Assembly: GCA_963716725.1 (NCBI GenBank)
Contig: CAVQUB010000005.1
Location: 734,725 to 798,724, forward strand
Length of the DNA stretch: 64,000 nt
Direction: 5' to 3'
From: an uncultured delta proteobacterium
Lineage (GTDB): Bacteria; Myxococcota_A; Polyangia; Polyangiales; Polyangiaceae
The position numbers and the translations under genes were made by a program. The notes beneath the pieces are model-generated. The model did not search any database. It saw only the letters and a program-made list of their open reading frames with translations, and was not told where the DNA came from. Positions 1 to 10,739 of the stretch are shown piece by piece (position 1 is the first letter of the stretch; the number at the start of each line of letters is the position of its first letter).

Positions 1-1362
1 GCTGACAGCCAGGGCTGGGACGACGCGACGAACTGGGGCACCCTGCGCATGGGCGATCTGGACGGCGACGGCCGAGCCAATCTGTGCGCCCGCGCCAACG
101 CCGGCGTGACTTGCTGGAAGTCGGACGGCGCCGGACTGAGCACGAAGATCGAAGGGCCCGCCTGGGCCGACGACAAGGGCTGGTCCGGCGTCCAGTTCTA
201 CAGCACCATGCGTTTGCTGGACGTCGACGGCGATCACAAGGACGACCTGTGCGCGCGCGCGGCCAAGGGCATCGTCTGCCTGAAGTCCACGGGCAGCGCC
301 TTCGGTGAGGCCTTCGACGGACCCGCCTGGTCCGACGACGCCGGCTTCGGCGCCGCACGCTACTACGCCACCCTACGGACCGGCGACGTCAACGGCGACG
401 GGATGCAGGATCTCTGCATCCGCACCAAGGACGGCATGGAGTGTCGGCTGTCCGAGGGCACGGGCTTCGGCGACGCCGTGGCCGGCCCCGCCTGGAGCGA
501 CGACAACGGCTGGGGCGCCATGAAGTACTGGAGCACCATTCGCCTGGTCGACGTCGACGGCGACGGTCGCGCGGATCTGTGTGCGCGGGACTCCAAGGCC
601 TTGCGCTGTCACCTGTCGACGGGCACGTCGTTTGGCGAGGCCATCGAAGTGGCGCCGCTGGGAGACGACACGGGGTGGGACGACGAGTCGAACTACCTCA
701 CGCTGCGCAGCGGTGACATCGACGGCGACGGAGCCCAGGATCTGTGCCTGCGAGCCGACGCCAAGGTGCTGTGCTTTCGGCTGAAGGCCGGCGTCTTCGA
801 GAAGGTGGAGGGGCCCGCCTGGTCCGACGAGAGCGGCTGGAACAAGCCCGAGTACTTCCACACCATCCAGCTGGGGGACATGAACGGCGACGCCAAGGCG
901 GATCTGTGTGCTCGTCACTCGGGGGGATCGATGTGCCTGCCTTCCACCGGTGATGGCTTCGGAGCGCCGGTGCAGCTGGATGAGTTCACGGACCAAGGCG
1001 GCTGGGCCGCCGAGCGCTATTACGCGACCATCGCGATTGGCGGCCCGGTCTGTGTGCCCCAGGACGAGATCTGTAACGGCAAGGACGACGACTGCGACGG
1101 CCAGATCGACGACGGCGTGTGCACCATCGACGCCAGCCCCTCCACCGGAGGCAGCGGCGCCATGGATGCCGGCCTGCCCACGGGAGGCAGCGGTGGGAGC
1201 AGCTCCGGGACCGATCCCGGCAAGGAGAACGCGGAAGGCTCCTGCAGCTGTCGCGCTGTTGGCGGTCGAGACAAACCGTCCGGGATCGCCGGCGGGGTCC
1301 TGGCCTTCGTCGCCCTCGCCCTGGGTCGGAGCTCGCGAACGCGACGACGACGCCCGAGCTGA
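1..1362 (+). CDS. FG-GAP/VCBS-repeat beta-propeller surface protein with Cys-rich metal-binding motif and MYXO-CTERM-like tail (5' partial)
   Basis: Frame is open from base 1. About 54-aa repeats of GD(V/I)(N/D)GDG.xDLC.R...GPAW.D..GW, then EICNGKDDDCDGQIDDG, a Gly/Ser linker, GSCSCR, a hydrophobic segment and an Arg tail. Confidence 0.85.
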   Translation, partial: ADSQGWDDATNWGTLRMGDLDGDGRANLCARANAGVTCWKSDGAGLSTKIEGPAWADDKGWSGVQFYSTMRLLDVDGDHKDDLCARAAKGIVCLKSTGSAFGEAFDGPAWSDDAGFGAARYYATLRTGDVNGDGMQDLCIRTKDGMECRLSEGTGFGDAVAGPAWSDDNGWGAMKYWSTIRLVDVDGDGRADLCARDSKALRCHLSTGTSFGEAIEVAPLGDDTGWDDESNYLTLRSGDIDGDGAQDLCLRADAKVLCFRLKAGVFEKVEGPAWSDESGWNKPEYFHTIQLGDMNGDAKADLCARHSGGSMCLPSTGDGFGAPVQLDEFTDQGGWAAERYYATIAIGGPVCVPQDEICNGKDDDCDGQIDDGVCTIDASPSTGGSGAMDAGLPTGGSGGSSSGTDPGKENAEGSCSCRAVGGRDKPSGIAGGVLAFVALALGRSSRTRRRRPS

Positions 1363-1403
1363 CGGTCCGAGGGCGCCGTCTGCATTTGCGCAGATTGTCG
1401 GCG

Positions 1404-2096
1404 TCAGCTCTCGCCGGCGCGCGTGCTGCGTGAGCCCTCGGACGGCGCGGCAGACCAGCCCAGCGTGAGCACGAAGGTGCTGTCGGTCTCAGCGTAGACG
1501 TCGTGGGGCAGACCGGCCCCGAGCACGATCAGCTGCCCGGCCGAAAGCTCCGCGCTGCGGTCCGCAAGCTGCAGGCGAAGATGCCCGGTCAGGGTCTGCA
1601 CCGAAGCCGTCACGTTGGCGTGGTGTTCTGCCATCCTCTTGCCTGCTCTGAGGGCAATCACCACGATTCGCAAGTCCGGGGCGCGGACCAGCGTGCGGGC
1701 CGCTTGACCCTCGCGCAGATACGATGGTTCGTCTTGCAGATCGCGAGCCAGGGCGAGCAGGTCGAAGGTAATTCCATGCTCCGCTGATTCTGGTTTATTC
1801 ATGGGCGGCCTCTCCTTTTCGAGCGAGATGGTGATGTGTGGACGGTCGACAACCAGCGCGCGACCGCAGCGGTCACGCGCGTTCTTCTCGAATTGCTCCC
1901 AAGCTCTCACCAAGGACTCGAGGGCAGAGGAGTCCACGAGCGTGGCAAAGAGCTCGGCCGGGCATTCGTGGGGGGAGCCGGGGCAGCCGTGCACGAGCAA
2001 GTGCTGGCTCTCGGCGATGACAGCCGCTGAAACGCTGAACTCTCCGCACTGCTCGCAGCGCACGTTCACGTCGAGCTGCTTGAGAATGTCGGTCAT
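1404..2096 (-). CDS. Cupin-domain protein. Possible internal start at 1802; in-frame N-terminal Cys-rich segment 2096-1803
   Basis: ARTLVRAPDLRIVVIALRAGKRMAEHHA...GLPHDVYAETDS is cupin-like. AAGGAGAGG RBS precedes the ATG at 1802. The upstream in-frame part has CEQC...CPGSPHEC. Confidence 0.7.
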   Translation of the reverse strand: MTDILKQLDVNVRCEQCGEFSVSAAVIAESQHLLVHGCPGSPHECPAELFATLVDSSALESLVRAWEQFEKNARDRCGRALVVDRPHITISLEKERPPMNKPESAEHGITFDLLALARDLQDEPSYLREGQAARTLVRAPDLRIVVIALRAGKRMAEHHANVTASVQTLTGHLRLQLADRSAELSAGQLIVLGAGLPHDVYAETDSTFVLTLGWSAAPSEGSRSTRAGES

Positions 2097-2137
2097 TGCA
2101 GGTTCTCCCACCGGGTGGGCACCCACGCGGCTGGCCA

Positions 2138-2962
2138 TCATGGGGAAGCTCCGTCCTGCCTGCGGGCAATCAGCGTGACCGCGCACATCTTCGAGGCGTA
2201 CTTCCTGAAGACCGAGCGCATCGCGAGCACTCGCCGGCGGGCATCGGGAGTCCGGAGGATGTTGGCCGTGATGCGCAGCGCGCCGAGCGCCCCTTCATCG
2301 GCGACCAGCCGGCTGGGCTCGAGCAGGCGCATCGGCGCAGTCGCGCTCGAGGTTACCTTGAAGCCGTTCTCCTCCAGAACGCGTCTCCAGTCGCTCACCG
2401 TGAGCGGACGCGCGCCGATGTGGATGACCTCGGAGAGCTCTCGCTGGATCTCCGTCTGCTCATTCTCCGCCAGATCGTCCGGTGTCAGCGCGAGCTCGTG
2501 GATCCCGTAGCGTCCGCCCGGACGAAGAACCCGGTGGGCCTCCCGGACGATGGCGGTCTTCTGGGCTGCCGTCTGCATGGTGAGCATCGCCTCTCCGAAC
2601 ACGACACTGGCGGACGCCGGGTCGAGACCCGTCTCGGAGGCAACGCCGTGGCGGCACTGGTCGCGATCGGGGCGCAACACCCGCCGCGTCGCACGCGCGG
2701 CTGTTTCATCGCGCTCGATCGCGACGATGGACGCAGGCGAGCGGGCGAGCACCAGTCGCGTCGTGATGCCCAAACCAGGTGCGAACTCGACGACGTCGTC
2801 TCCCGAGCCGATCGCGAGACCGTCGAGCATCTTGTTGGTCAGCTCCAGCCCTCCCGGCCGCAACACCCGCTTGCCCATGCGTGCGAGCAGCCAGTGGCCC
2901 GGCATTCGGCCAACGTCGAGGTGTGCGCCTGGAAACTCGAGCGAGAGGTCATGCGTGGTCAT
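2138..2962 (-). CDS. Class I SAM-dependent methyltransferase
   Basis: PGHWLLARMGKRVLRPGG, VVEFAPGLG motif I, EAHRVLRPGGRY. Confidence 0.85.
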   Translation of the reverse strand: MTTHDLSLEFPGAHLDVGRMPGHWLLARMGKRVLRPGGLELTNKMLDGLAIGSGDDVVEFAPGLGITTRLVLARSPASIVAIERDETAARATRRVLRPDRDQCRHGVASETGLDPASASVVFGEAMLTMQTAAQKTAIVREAHRVLRPGGRYGIHELALTPDDLAENEQTEIQRELSEVIHIGARPLTVSDWRRVLEENGFKVTSSATAPMRLLEPSRLVADEGALGALRITANILRTPDARRRVLAMRSVFRKYASKMCAVTLIARRQDGASP

Positions 2963-2975
2963 GGGAGGCCTTTCT

Positions 2976-2996
2976 GATAATGCGACTCATTCGCAT
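2976..2996. promoter_or_regulatory. Fur-family operator candidate upstream of the methyltransferase
   Basis: GATAATGCGACTCATTCGC matches 14/19 of the classical Fur box and contains the palindrome ATGCGA-N5-TCGCAT (2980-2996). Confidence 0.6.
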
Positions 2997-3033
2997 AACA
3001 TATCCCGGCAGGGCTTTCTGTCAAGGCCAGCGC

Positions 3034-3531
3034 TCAGCTGCGACTACGCCGCTCGCGCTTCCGGCAATCGCCGCAGATGCCGAGCAGCTCGTGGATGTGG
3101 CCAGTCAGCTCGAAGCCGGCCCTCGCGGCGACGTCCTGCTGAAGCACCTCGATCGCCTCGAACTCGAACTCGACGACCTTGCCACACGAGGTGCAGATCA
3201 GGTGGTCGTGGTGCTGTCGCTCGAAGGCACGTTCGTAGCGGGCGCCCTCTCGGCTGGAGACCTGCGTCAACTGCAGGAGCCCGGCCTCGACGAGGAGTGG
3301 GAGCACCCGGTAAACCGTCGCCGCGTGCACGTCGCTCGAGCCGCGCTTCTTCAGGTCGGTGAGCAGCTCATCTACCGAGAAGTGGCCGCGTCGGCGCAGC
3401 GCCACGCGTGCGACCGTGTCGCGCGCCGAGGACGACTTGAGTCCGCGCTCTTTCACCAGCGTGTTGAGGCGCGCCAGCGCTCGCGCGACCCCGGCTTCGT
3501 CGAGCGCCGACCCAGCACGCAGCAGTTGCAT
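3034..3531 (-). CDS. Fur-family transcriptional regulator
   Basis: ATVYRVLPLLVEAG HTH, HHDHLICTSCGKVVEF, GICGDC. Confidence 0.92.
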   Translation of the reverse strand: MQLLRAGSALDEAGVARALARLNTLVKERGLKSSSARDTVARVALRRRGHFSVDELLTDLKKRGSSDVHAATVYRVLPLLVEAGLLQLTQVSSREGARYERAFERQHHDHLICTSCGKVVEFEFEAIEVLQQDVAARAGFELTGHIHELLGICGDCRKRERRSRS

Positions 3532-3540
3532 GGCAGCATT

Positions 3541-3557
3541 ATGCGAACTCCTCGCAT
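3541..3557. promoter_or_regulatory. Second copy of the ATGCGA-N5-TCGCAT palindrome, directly upstream of the Fur-family gene
   Basis: ATGCGAACTCCTCGCAT, 10 bp from the start codon, with the same arms as 2980-2996. Confidence 0.6.
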
Positions 3558-3600
3558 GATTTGCAAATCGGTCGTGGCTCGCGGCATGGCCAGCGCCCCG

Positions 3601-4513
3601 TCAGGTTCTCGTGACTTCCGCGCCCCAAACCTCGGGGCCGTCGCCGGTCTTGCGGAAGGCGAAGGTCCCAGCGGGCTCGCTCTCTTCGAGCGCGTAGTAC
3701 ATGCAGCTGGGATCGTGGTCGAGAGTGATTTTCAACGTCTCGCCGCGCGGCAGCGCACGAAACGCGCCCAGGATGGTGCTCAGTCGATCCCTCGGCTCGA
3801 CGTCGCGCACGTCGACGTCATAGGCCCCCGACGGATGGGCCGAGCCGCAGCCCGCGCTCTTCTGTGACGCGAGCCACTCGCGCCAACGTGGCAGCTGCGC
3901 CGCCGTGCTTGGCAAGAGGACGATTGGGCCGCCGTATCCCGGAAATCGCGAGGTCGACGAACACCGCGCCGACGCCACGTCCGTCCTGATCGTGCTGCTC
4001 CGGACCGCCACCGTGCAGGCGCACCAGGCGCAGGTGCTCGCGGACGGTGAGCAGGATCGCGCCGGACGTCGCGAGCCCCTCCACGCTGGGCCGTAGCTCC
4101 CACGCCAGTCCCAGGGATGGCGGATCACCGGCGCTTCGCAGGGCATTGGTCAACGCGACGACCTGGTCGAGGTCGGAGCCGAAGCCGAAGAGCAGCGTCC
4201 CGCCGGCCTTCGCGAACAGCTGGGCGAGGTTCGGAAGCGAGCCCCCGCTGGCCGCGCTGAGCGGGGTGGAGAGCGGGACCGCGAGCTCCCCCGACAGGCG
4301 CGCGAGGTCAGCCGCGGCGAAGTCGTCGAAGCGCTCGGCGCGAAGGGCGACGATCCGGGCCCCGGACGCGCGGACTTGCGCGGCCAGGGCCTGAGTGTCG
4401 TCGCCAGTCTCGATCACGAGCTCGATCCCGTCGAGCCCCCGCGCCTGGCACGCGACGTCCAGCGCGGCGAACGCGACTCCGGGTGCGGCCGCCGCGCTCA
4501 GTGACAGCGTCAT
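3601..4513 (-). CDS. Xylose-isomerase-like TIM barrel fused to a C-terminal DUF2249 domain; frameshift near 3940
   Basis: ORF 3818-4513 (LDGIELV, LAWEL, VRLHGG) joins ORF 3601-4146 (GYGGPIVL...DVRDVEPRDRLSTILGAF..L..GETLKITLDHDP) if one G of TCCGGGATAC is removed. Confidence 0.65.
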
Positions 4514-4743
4514 GCCGTGCTCTTCTCGATCAGAACGCGCCAGACCGCGGGTCCCTGTTCGACGTAGGTCCATGAGAACTTGCCGGCGCGCGTCGCCTCG
4601 AACTGCCTGCGCAAGGGGAAGGGATCGTGGTCGTTGATCAACGTGAAGGCTTCGCCGGCGCCGAGCGCGTCGAAGGTGCGAAAGATCGCGGGGTGTTTCT
4701 CGGGCGGGGGAACCACGCGAATGTCGAGCTCGATGTTGGCCAT
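4510..4743 (-). CDS. DUF2249 domain protein
   Basis: ELDIRVVPPPEKHPAIFRTFDALGAGEAFTLINDHDPFPL...GPAVWRV. Confidence 0.85.
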   Translation of the reverse strand: MANIELDIRVVPPPEKHPAIFRTFDALGAGEAFTLINDHDPFPLRRQFEATRAGKFSWTYVEQGPAVWRVLIEKSTA

Positions 4744-4763
4744 ATTCTCTTGGTCTCTCTTTC

Positions 4764-5555
4764 TCAATCGGGTTTGTGTCGAATGAACAGCCGAACCAGG
4801 TCAGCCGACTGCTCGCGGATTTCGTAGACGAAGCCCCGCTCGTCGAGCTTGGGCAACAAGAACTGCGGCACGCGGACGTTGAGCTGCATCAGGGTCTTTC
4901 CGCGCGGCATCGTCGCGAGCAGCTCGAGCGTTTGGACCATCGGCTCCGGTGGCTCGAGGTCGCGTACGTCGAGCACGATCACGTCCTCCGCTTCGGGCGC
5001 AGCAGCTTCCTTCGGGGACGGGAGCCTGCCTTCGCCGGGGAAGAACCAGACACGCCAGTCGTCGGCCGCCAGCTGCTCGGTGAAGTGCGCCAGGCCCTTC
5101 TTCGCGAACACGCCGTAGAGCGGCGCTGGCTCGAAGATGGCGCGGAGGCGCAGCACTGAATCTGGGGGCAAGGTCCGCGCGGTGCTCATGATCCGCGCGA
5201 AGGGCTCGATGCCGGATCGCAAATCCTCGCGGACGTCGAGGTCGACCAGCCGCTCGGGCGGCGTGGCCAGGAGCGCGGCGGGCACCGGTGTCGGCGCAAA
5301 CGCCGGCGCTGACCGTGCGGGTGGCGCTGGCAGCGGCTCTTGATTTGCGAGGGCGCTATTGAGACGATCGACCAACACCGCCGCATCTAGCCCAGCGATC
5401 TGCGCGGCCTGTTCGACGGTGACCCGCGGCGCCATGCTCTTGCGCAGCGAAGGACTCCGCAGACTCTCGAAGGCCGGCGCGGCGGCGGCGAGCAGATCGA
5501 CGAGCCGCTCGTCGCGGGCAAACACCGCGGACAGTCTGTCGCCGGCCCGGATCAT
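4764..5555 (-). CDS. DUF1858-like N-terminus plus two DUF2249 domains
   Basis: F..L.SP..R..MA.RVTV.QAA, then [18 protein letters not shown]...FEPAPLY and [14 protein letters not shown]...[12 protein letters not shown]. Confidence 0.8.
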   Translation of the reverse strand: MIRAGDRLSAVFARDERLVDLLAAAAPAFESLRSPSLRKSMAPRVTVEQAAQIAGLDAAVLVDRLNSALANQEPLPAPPARSAPAFAPTPVPAALLATPPERLVDLDVREDLRSGIEPFARIMSTARTLPPDSVLRLRAIFEPAPLYGVFAKKGLAHFTEQLAADDWRVWFFPGEGRLPSPKEAAAPEAEDVIVLDVRDLEPPEPMVQTLELLATMPRGKTLMQLNVRVPQFLLPKLDERGFVYEIREQSADLVRLFIRHKPD

Positions 5556-5848
5556 AGAGACCCCCTGCGCGCGAGGCCGGGGTGCCAGCGCGGATGCCAG
5601 ACCAGGTTCGGGACCACCTCGCGGACACCGGGCACGAGGCTCACGGCGCTCACGATGCCGTTGGTGATGACGCCCTCCATTGGGCAACCCGGCGTGGTGA
5701 GTGAAAAGGTCACCTCGACAGAGTCGTCGTGGATCTCTACGTCGTAGACCAGCCCGAGGGTCACGATGTCTAGTCCAATCTCCGGATCGATGACGTCGCT
5801 CAGGGCGGAGTAGATCGGCTCAGTCGTGAAAAGTTGGGGGGCACTCAT
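5552..5848 (-). CDS. Metal-sulfur cluster assembly factor (DUF59, SufT/PaaD-like)
   Basis: [21 protein letters not shown]...TTPGCPM...LVWHPRW. Confidence 0.88.
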   Translation of the reverse strand: MSAPQLFTTEPIYSALSDVIDPEIGLDIVTLGLVYDVEIHDDSVEVTFSLTTPGCPMEGVITNGIVSAVSLVPGVREVVPNLVWHPRWHPGLARRGSL

Positions 5849-7149
5849 GCGACCTTCTTCAGCGCGATGCGCGCGATGACGATGACCTGAAGCCAAGCGC
5901 CCGCCGCGAACACGATCGCAGCTGCACGCGCGAGCACTGCCGAGCCGAAGATCGTGGCCGCCGCCAGACCGACCAGGCCGGACACGAGCAGCGCGGCATC
6001 GACGGACGCGACGCGCTCGGAGAAGAGCTCCGCAACCTTCGGTACCTTGCGCTTACCGAGCAGCGGCCCATAGCGGTGGTTCCAGACCAAGAAGGGGATG
6101 ATTTTGTAGTAGTGGCCGGCGACGAACAAGGTGAGGGCTCCCAGCAAGACGACGAAGTAGGTAGTGAGCAGGCGAGGGTCCGCTAGGCCTCGGGTGAGCG
6201 CGAAGGGAGCGAGCAGGACCGCGAGGCCGAAACCGATCAGGCCGGATGCAGCGAGGCGCATGCCCGGATCGAGCCCGCGGCGCTTGCGGTGCTTGAAGAA
6301 GGCCGCGGCCTGCACCATGAACGCCACGACGCCCGCGCAACCGAGGGCGCCGGCCACGGCGGACTTTGGCTCGCCGCCCCAGGGCAGAGTGAGCAGACCC
6401 GCGCTGCCGAAAAAGAGCCCGATGGCGAGCCATGCCGCGCGCTCGCTTGCGCCATGGCTGAGCAGGAACATTGGCAAGAGTCGGTGTGCGACGCCGACGA
6501 CGACCATGAGCACGAAGCCGATGATCGCGATGTGGGCGTGCTGCCCAACGGTGGCAAAGCGGGCGGTGAGCCCGCCATCGTGCAGGTTGAATGCGAGTAC
6601 GACGCCGTACGCTGGCGTGACGAGCAGAAACACCGCCGCCCCGGCCAGCGCCCAGTAGGTCAGGTTCCGCTCACGAACGGGGATCAACGTCGCGGCCAGG
6701 TTCACCCCGAAAGTCACAAACGCGAGCGCGAGGCTGAAGGCGCCAAAGAGCAGGAGCGAGCGGTTCGAGACGACCAAGGCGACCACCAAGCTGGCGACGC
6801 CCAGGGTCTGGGCCGCAAATGACAAGTGGGCGAGGGCGGAGAAGCGGATCGAGCGACCGACGGCGACCGGCAGAAACTGACAGAGCGCGCCGAAGATGGA
6901 CAGCGTGATCCAGCCAAGCGTGAAGAGGTGTACCAGCGCGACGACGCGGGGCAGGAAGAAGAGCCCCCGTGAGAGGTCGGGTGCCGCGAGGACGAGCCCG
7001 CCAGCGCCGAGCGCGTAGCAGGCGAGCGCAGCCACGAAATGTCGACCCGGGAGCCAGGGCGGAACGAGCATCGACGAGAAGGACCCGGCCGCGGATGGCG
7101 CCGCTCGTGGAGCTCGCGCCGTCAAGGCGCCGGCCGTGGTCGGGAGCAT
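5845..7149 (-). CDS. Multi-pass membrane protein of DUF2249 clusters (conserved His in TM helices)
   Basis: About 12 hydrophobic segments, [34 protein letters not shown]. Start moved from 7164 because that codon abuts the sigma54 promoter. Confidence 0.75.
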   Translation of the reverse strand: MLPTTAGALTARAPRAAPSAAGSFSSMLVPPWLPGRHFVAALACYALGAGGLVLAAPDLSRGLFFLPRVVALVHLFTLGWITLSIFGALCQFLPVAVGRSIRFSALAHLSFAAQTLGVASLVVALVVSNRSLLLFGAFSLALAFVTFGVNLAATLIPVRERNLTYWALAGAAVFLLVTPAYGVVLAFNLHDGGLTARFATVGQHAHIAIIGFVLMVVVGVAHRLLPMFLLSHGASERAAWLAIGLFFGSAGLLTLPWGGEPKSAVAGALGCAGVVAFMVQAAAFFKHRKRRGLDPGMRLAASGLIGFGLAVLLAPFALTRGLADPRLLTTYFVVLLGALTLFVAGHYYKIIPFLVWNHRYGPLLGKRKVPKVAELFSERVASVDAALLVSGLVGLAAATIFGSAVLARAAAIVFAAGAWLQVIVIARIALKKVA

Positions 7150-7164
7150 GCTGCCCGCGTGCAA

Positions 7165-7180
7165 TGCACGGGGGATGCCA
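7165..7180 (-). promoter_or_regulatory. sigma54 (-24/-12) promoter for the DUF2249 operon
   Basis: Minus strand reads TGGCATCCCCCGTGCA, with correct GG-N10-GC spacing, directly upstream of the operon. Confidence 0.65.
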
Positions 7181-7189
7181 GGCCGCGCG

Positions 7190-8527
<1,338 letters not shown>

Positions 8528-8529
8528 GA

Positions 8530-8575
8530 TGCCATATTTGGCAGCCGTGGCAGAGCGGACCTGTCAATTTTGGCA
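8530..8575. promoter_or_regulatory. Tandem upstream activator sites (TGYCA-N4-TGGCA x2)
   Basis: TGCCATATTTGGCA (8530-8543) and TGTCAATTTTGGCA (8562-8575), 32 bp apart, between the activator start and a divergent sigma54 promoter. Confidence 0.6.
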
Positions 8576-8634
8576 CTTGCTGCTCAGCTTGACCCCTGGA
8601 GCGCCTGCGGGAGCCCGCCTCCGAGCCTTCGGGC

Positions 8635-8650
8635 TGGCACGGCCCTGGCT
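8635..8650 (+). promoter_or_regulatory. sigma54 promoter upstream of the HesB-rhodanese gene
   Basis: TGGCACGGCCCTGGCT, GG-N10-GC. Confidence 0.6.
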
Positions 8651-8728
8651 ACGGGACGCCGCAATGGTGAGTCAAGGTCCAGATCTGTTGAGCGCTGCGG
8701 TCACGCTCGGCCCAGAGGAACGAAGCGC

Positions 8729-9328
8729 ATGACCCTCCCGGAAGTGACCATCTCCGAGGTCGCGCTGCGCGCCATTCGCGACGCGCGGTCCGAGGCTCGG
8801 GACGGCGACGCGCTTCGACTGTCGATCGACGCGAAGTTCCACAACGACTTGTACTTCTCCCCGATCGAGCCGAACGACATCGTCGTCCATGTGAGCGGGC
8901 TCCAGCTCGCGATGGATGCACGCACCGCGCGACGGGCGAACGGGCTGAAAATTGACTTCGTCGAGGGCGCCTCTGGCCCAGGCTTCAAGCTCGACAACCC
9001 CAACGAGTCGAGCCCGATCAAGGGCATCCACCCGGTCGACCTGCTGCGAGTGCTCGAGGCGCAGGAGGCGCTCCAGCTCATCGACGTGCGGCACGAAGTG
9101 GAGCACAAGAAAGCCAAGCTCGAGATCGCCCGACGCCTCGACCCTGCGTATCAGGCCGAGCTCGACTCAATGCCGAAGGACGCGAGACTCGTCTTCCTGG
9201 CTCATCACAGCACCGGGGCGCAGGCCGCCGCGCGACGGTTCTACGACCGGGGATTTCAAAATGTCTGGTACGTGGTCGGTGGCATGGATGCGTGGGCGAC
9301 GATGGACCCGGACGTTCCGCGCTACTGA
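8729..9328 (+). CDS. HesB/IscA-like domain fused to a rhodanese-like domain
   Basis: VTISEVAL...LRLSID...G.KIDF..G..G.GF..DNPN followed by LIDVR...VFLAHH...GFQNVWYVVGGMDAW...D.DVPRY. Confidence 0.8.
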   Translation: MTLPEVTISEVALRAIRDARSEARDGDALRLSIDAKFHNDLYFSPIEPNDIVVHVSGLQLAMDARTARRANGLKIDFVEGASGPGFKLDNPNESSPIKGIHPVDLLRVLEAQEALQLIDVRHEVEHKKAKLEIARRLDPAYQAELDSMPKDARLVFLAHHSTGAQAAARRFYDRGFQNVWYVVGGMDAWATMDPDVPRY

Positions 9329-9351
9329 GGCCGGAGTTTGGCGACACGCCT

Positions 9352-9990
9352 TCACCGCAGCGAGGTGATGTAGGCCACGAGATCGCTCATGGATCGATCG
9401 TCTGGCAGCGTGAGCGCTACGGAACGCATGATCGCGCCCGACCTGTCGTCCGGGTGTGTGCCCCGCAGGCCTCGCCTGAACTTCCCCAACTGCGTGAGCA
9501 GATACCAGTCGTCGGTCCTGTCGAGAGGTGGGGCACTGTTCGCCGGATTGCCCGAGCCGACGGGTCCGTGACAGCCTACGCACCGCGCCCACAGCTGGCG
9601 CCCGCGCGACGAATCGCCTTCGATCACTGCCGGTGTGGGCGTCGGCGGCAGCCGGGCCACATATTCGGAGACGGCGGCGATCTCGCGCTCAGACTCCAGG
9701 CCCTGTGCGATTGACTGCATCTGTGAGCCCCCCAAGTCGTCGGGATGCGAGCCGCGCACGCCCCGCTTGAACTTGTCGAGCTGGACGTCGACGTACCAAG
9801 CGTCGATGCCCGCGATCGCCGGAGCTCCGAGGGCGCGGTTTCCCGAGCCGTCGAGGCCATGGCACGGCGCACAGAGCTGGTACACGGCCCTTCCTCGCGC
9901 CGAATCGCCGGCGGAGCGGTCGCGGCCGCAGGAAGCCACGACAACGACCAGCACCAGCGCAACTACGACCAATCCGCCCAATCTCTGCAT
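9352..9990 (-). CDS. Diheme cytochrome c (c4/c553-like)
   Basis: CAPCHG and CVGCHG heme motifs, duplicated Y...QL.KF..G.RG..P.D..G..M, N-terminal signal/lipobox. Confidence 0.88.
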   Translation of the reverse strand: MQRLGGLVVVALVLVVVVASCGRDRSAGDSARGRAVYQLCAPCHGLDGSGNRALGAPAIAGIDAWYVDVQLDKFKRGVRGSHPDDLGGSQMQSIAQGLESEREIAAVSEYVARLPPTPTPAVIEGDSSRGRQLWARCVGCHGPVGSGNPANSAPPLDRTDDWYLLTQLGKFRRGLRGTHPDDRSGAIMRSVALTLPDDRSMSDLVAYITSLR

Positions 9991-10004
9991 CGGCACCTGG
10001 CCAA

Positions 10005-10739
10005 TCAGAAGTTCACCCGGCGCATCACCGCCCGCGGCAGACGCCGAACCACCACCATGATCGCGGCCCAGGGTGAAGGCGCGTAGACCACCGGCGTGCC
10101 GCGGTCGATGGCCGAGAGCACGCGAGCAGCGACGGCGTCGGCTTCGCCGGCGAAGGGCGGCGGCTCGAGCCCCGCCGTCATGCCTGTGCGCACGAACCCC
10201 GGCTTGACGCACACGACCCGGAGGCCGAGCGCATGGAAGCGGTGGTCCAGGCCCTCCAGATATGCGGCCAAGCCGGCTTTCGCAGCACCGTAGAGCACGA
10301 CAGGCTTTCGACCGCGATCACCCGCGACGGATCCGAAAACACAGAGCGTGCCACCGCCACGGGCGAGCAAGCGCCTGCGAGCGGCTTCGCAGAACAAGAT
10401 GGTCGAGGTGAAGTCCACGTCCAAGAGTCGGCGCGTCAGGGCCGGGTCTTGCTCGAGCAGCGTCTGAGGCGCAAACATGGCGGCGGTCACCACCACCGTG
10501 TCGAACTCGCCCATGCCCTCTTCTATCGTGTCGAGTGCGGCTTCGAACTGCTCCGGATGCTCGAGATCGCAGTGGGCTGTTGCGACCGAGCCTGCCCCGC
10601 GGATCTCGAGGTCGCGAGCGCTGCGCTCGAGCTCTTGGCGATTCCGTCCCAGCAGGCCGATCGTATCTCCGCGTTCCGCCATGCGCCGAGCCAGCGCACG
10701 ACCCATGCCTTGAGTGGCGCCCAGGAACAGGGCTCTCAC
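10005..10739 (-). CDS. Short-chain dehydrogenase, DprE2-like
   Basis: GATQGMG, GSVAGDRGR, YGAAKAG, KPGFVRTGMT; adjacent to a DprE1-like gene. Confidence 0.85.
   Translation of the reverse strand: MRALFLGATQGMGRALARRMAERGDTIGLLGRNRQELERSARDLEIRGAGSVATAHCDLEHPEQFEAALDTIEEGMGEFDTVVVTAAMFAPQTLLEQDPALTRRLLDVDFTSTILFCEAARRRLLARGGGTLCVFGSVAGDRGRKPVVLYGAAKAGLAAYLEGLDHRFHALGLRVVCVKPGFVRTGMTAGLEPPPFAGEADAVAARVLSAIDRGTPVVYAPSPWAAIMVVVRRLPRAVMRRVNF

Noticed and set aside
8571..8586. TGGCAC at 8571 as a sigma54 promoter
   Set aside because: The -12 GC is not at the required spacing; better explained as half of the second activator palindrome.
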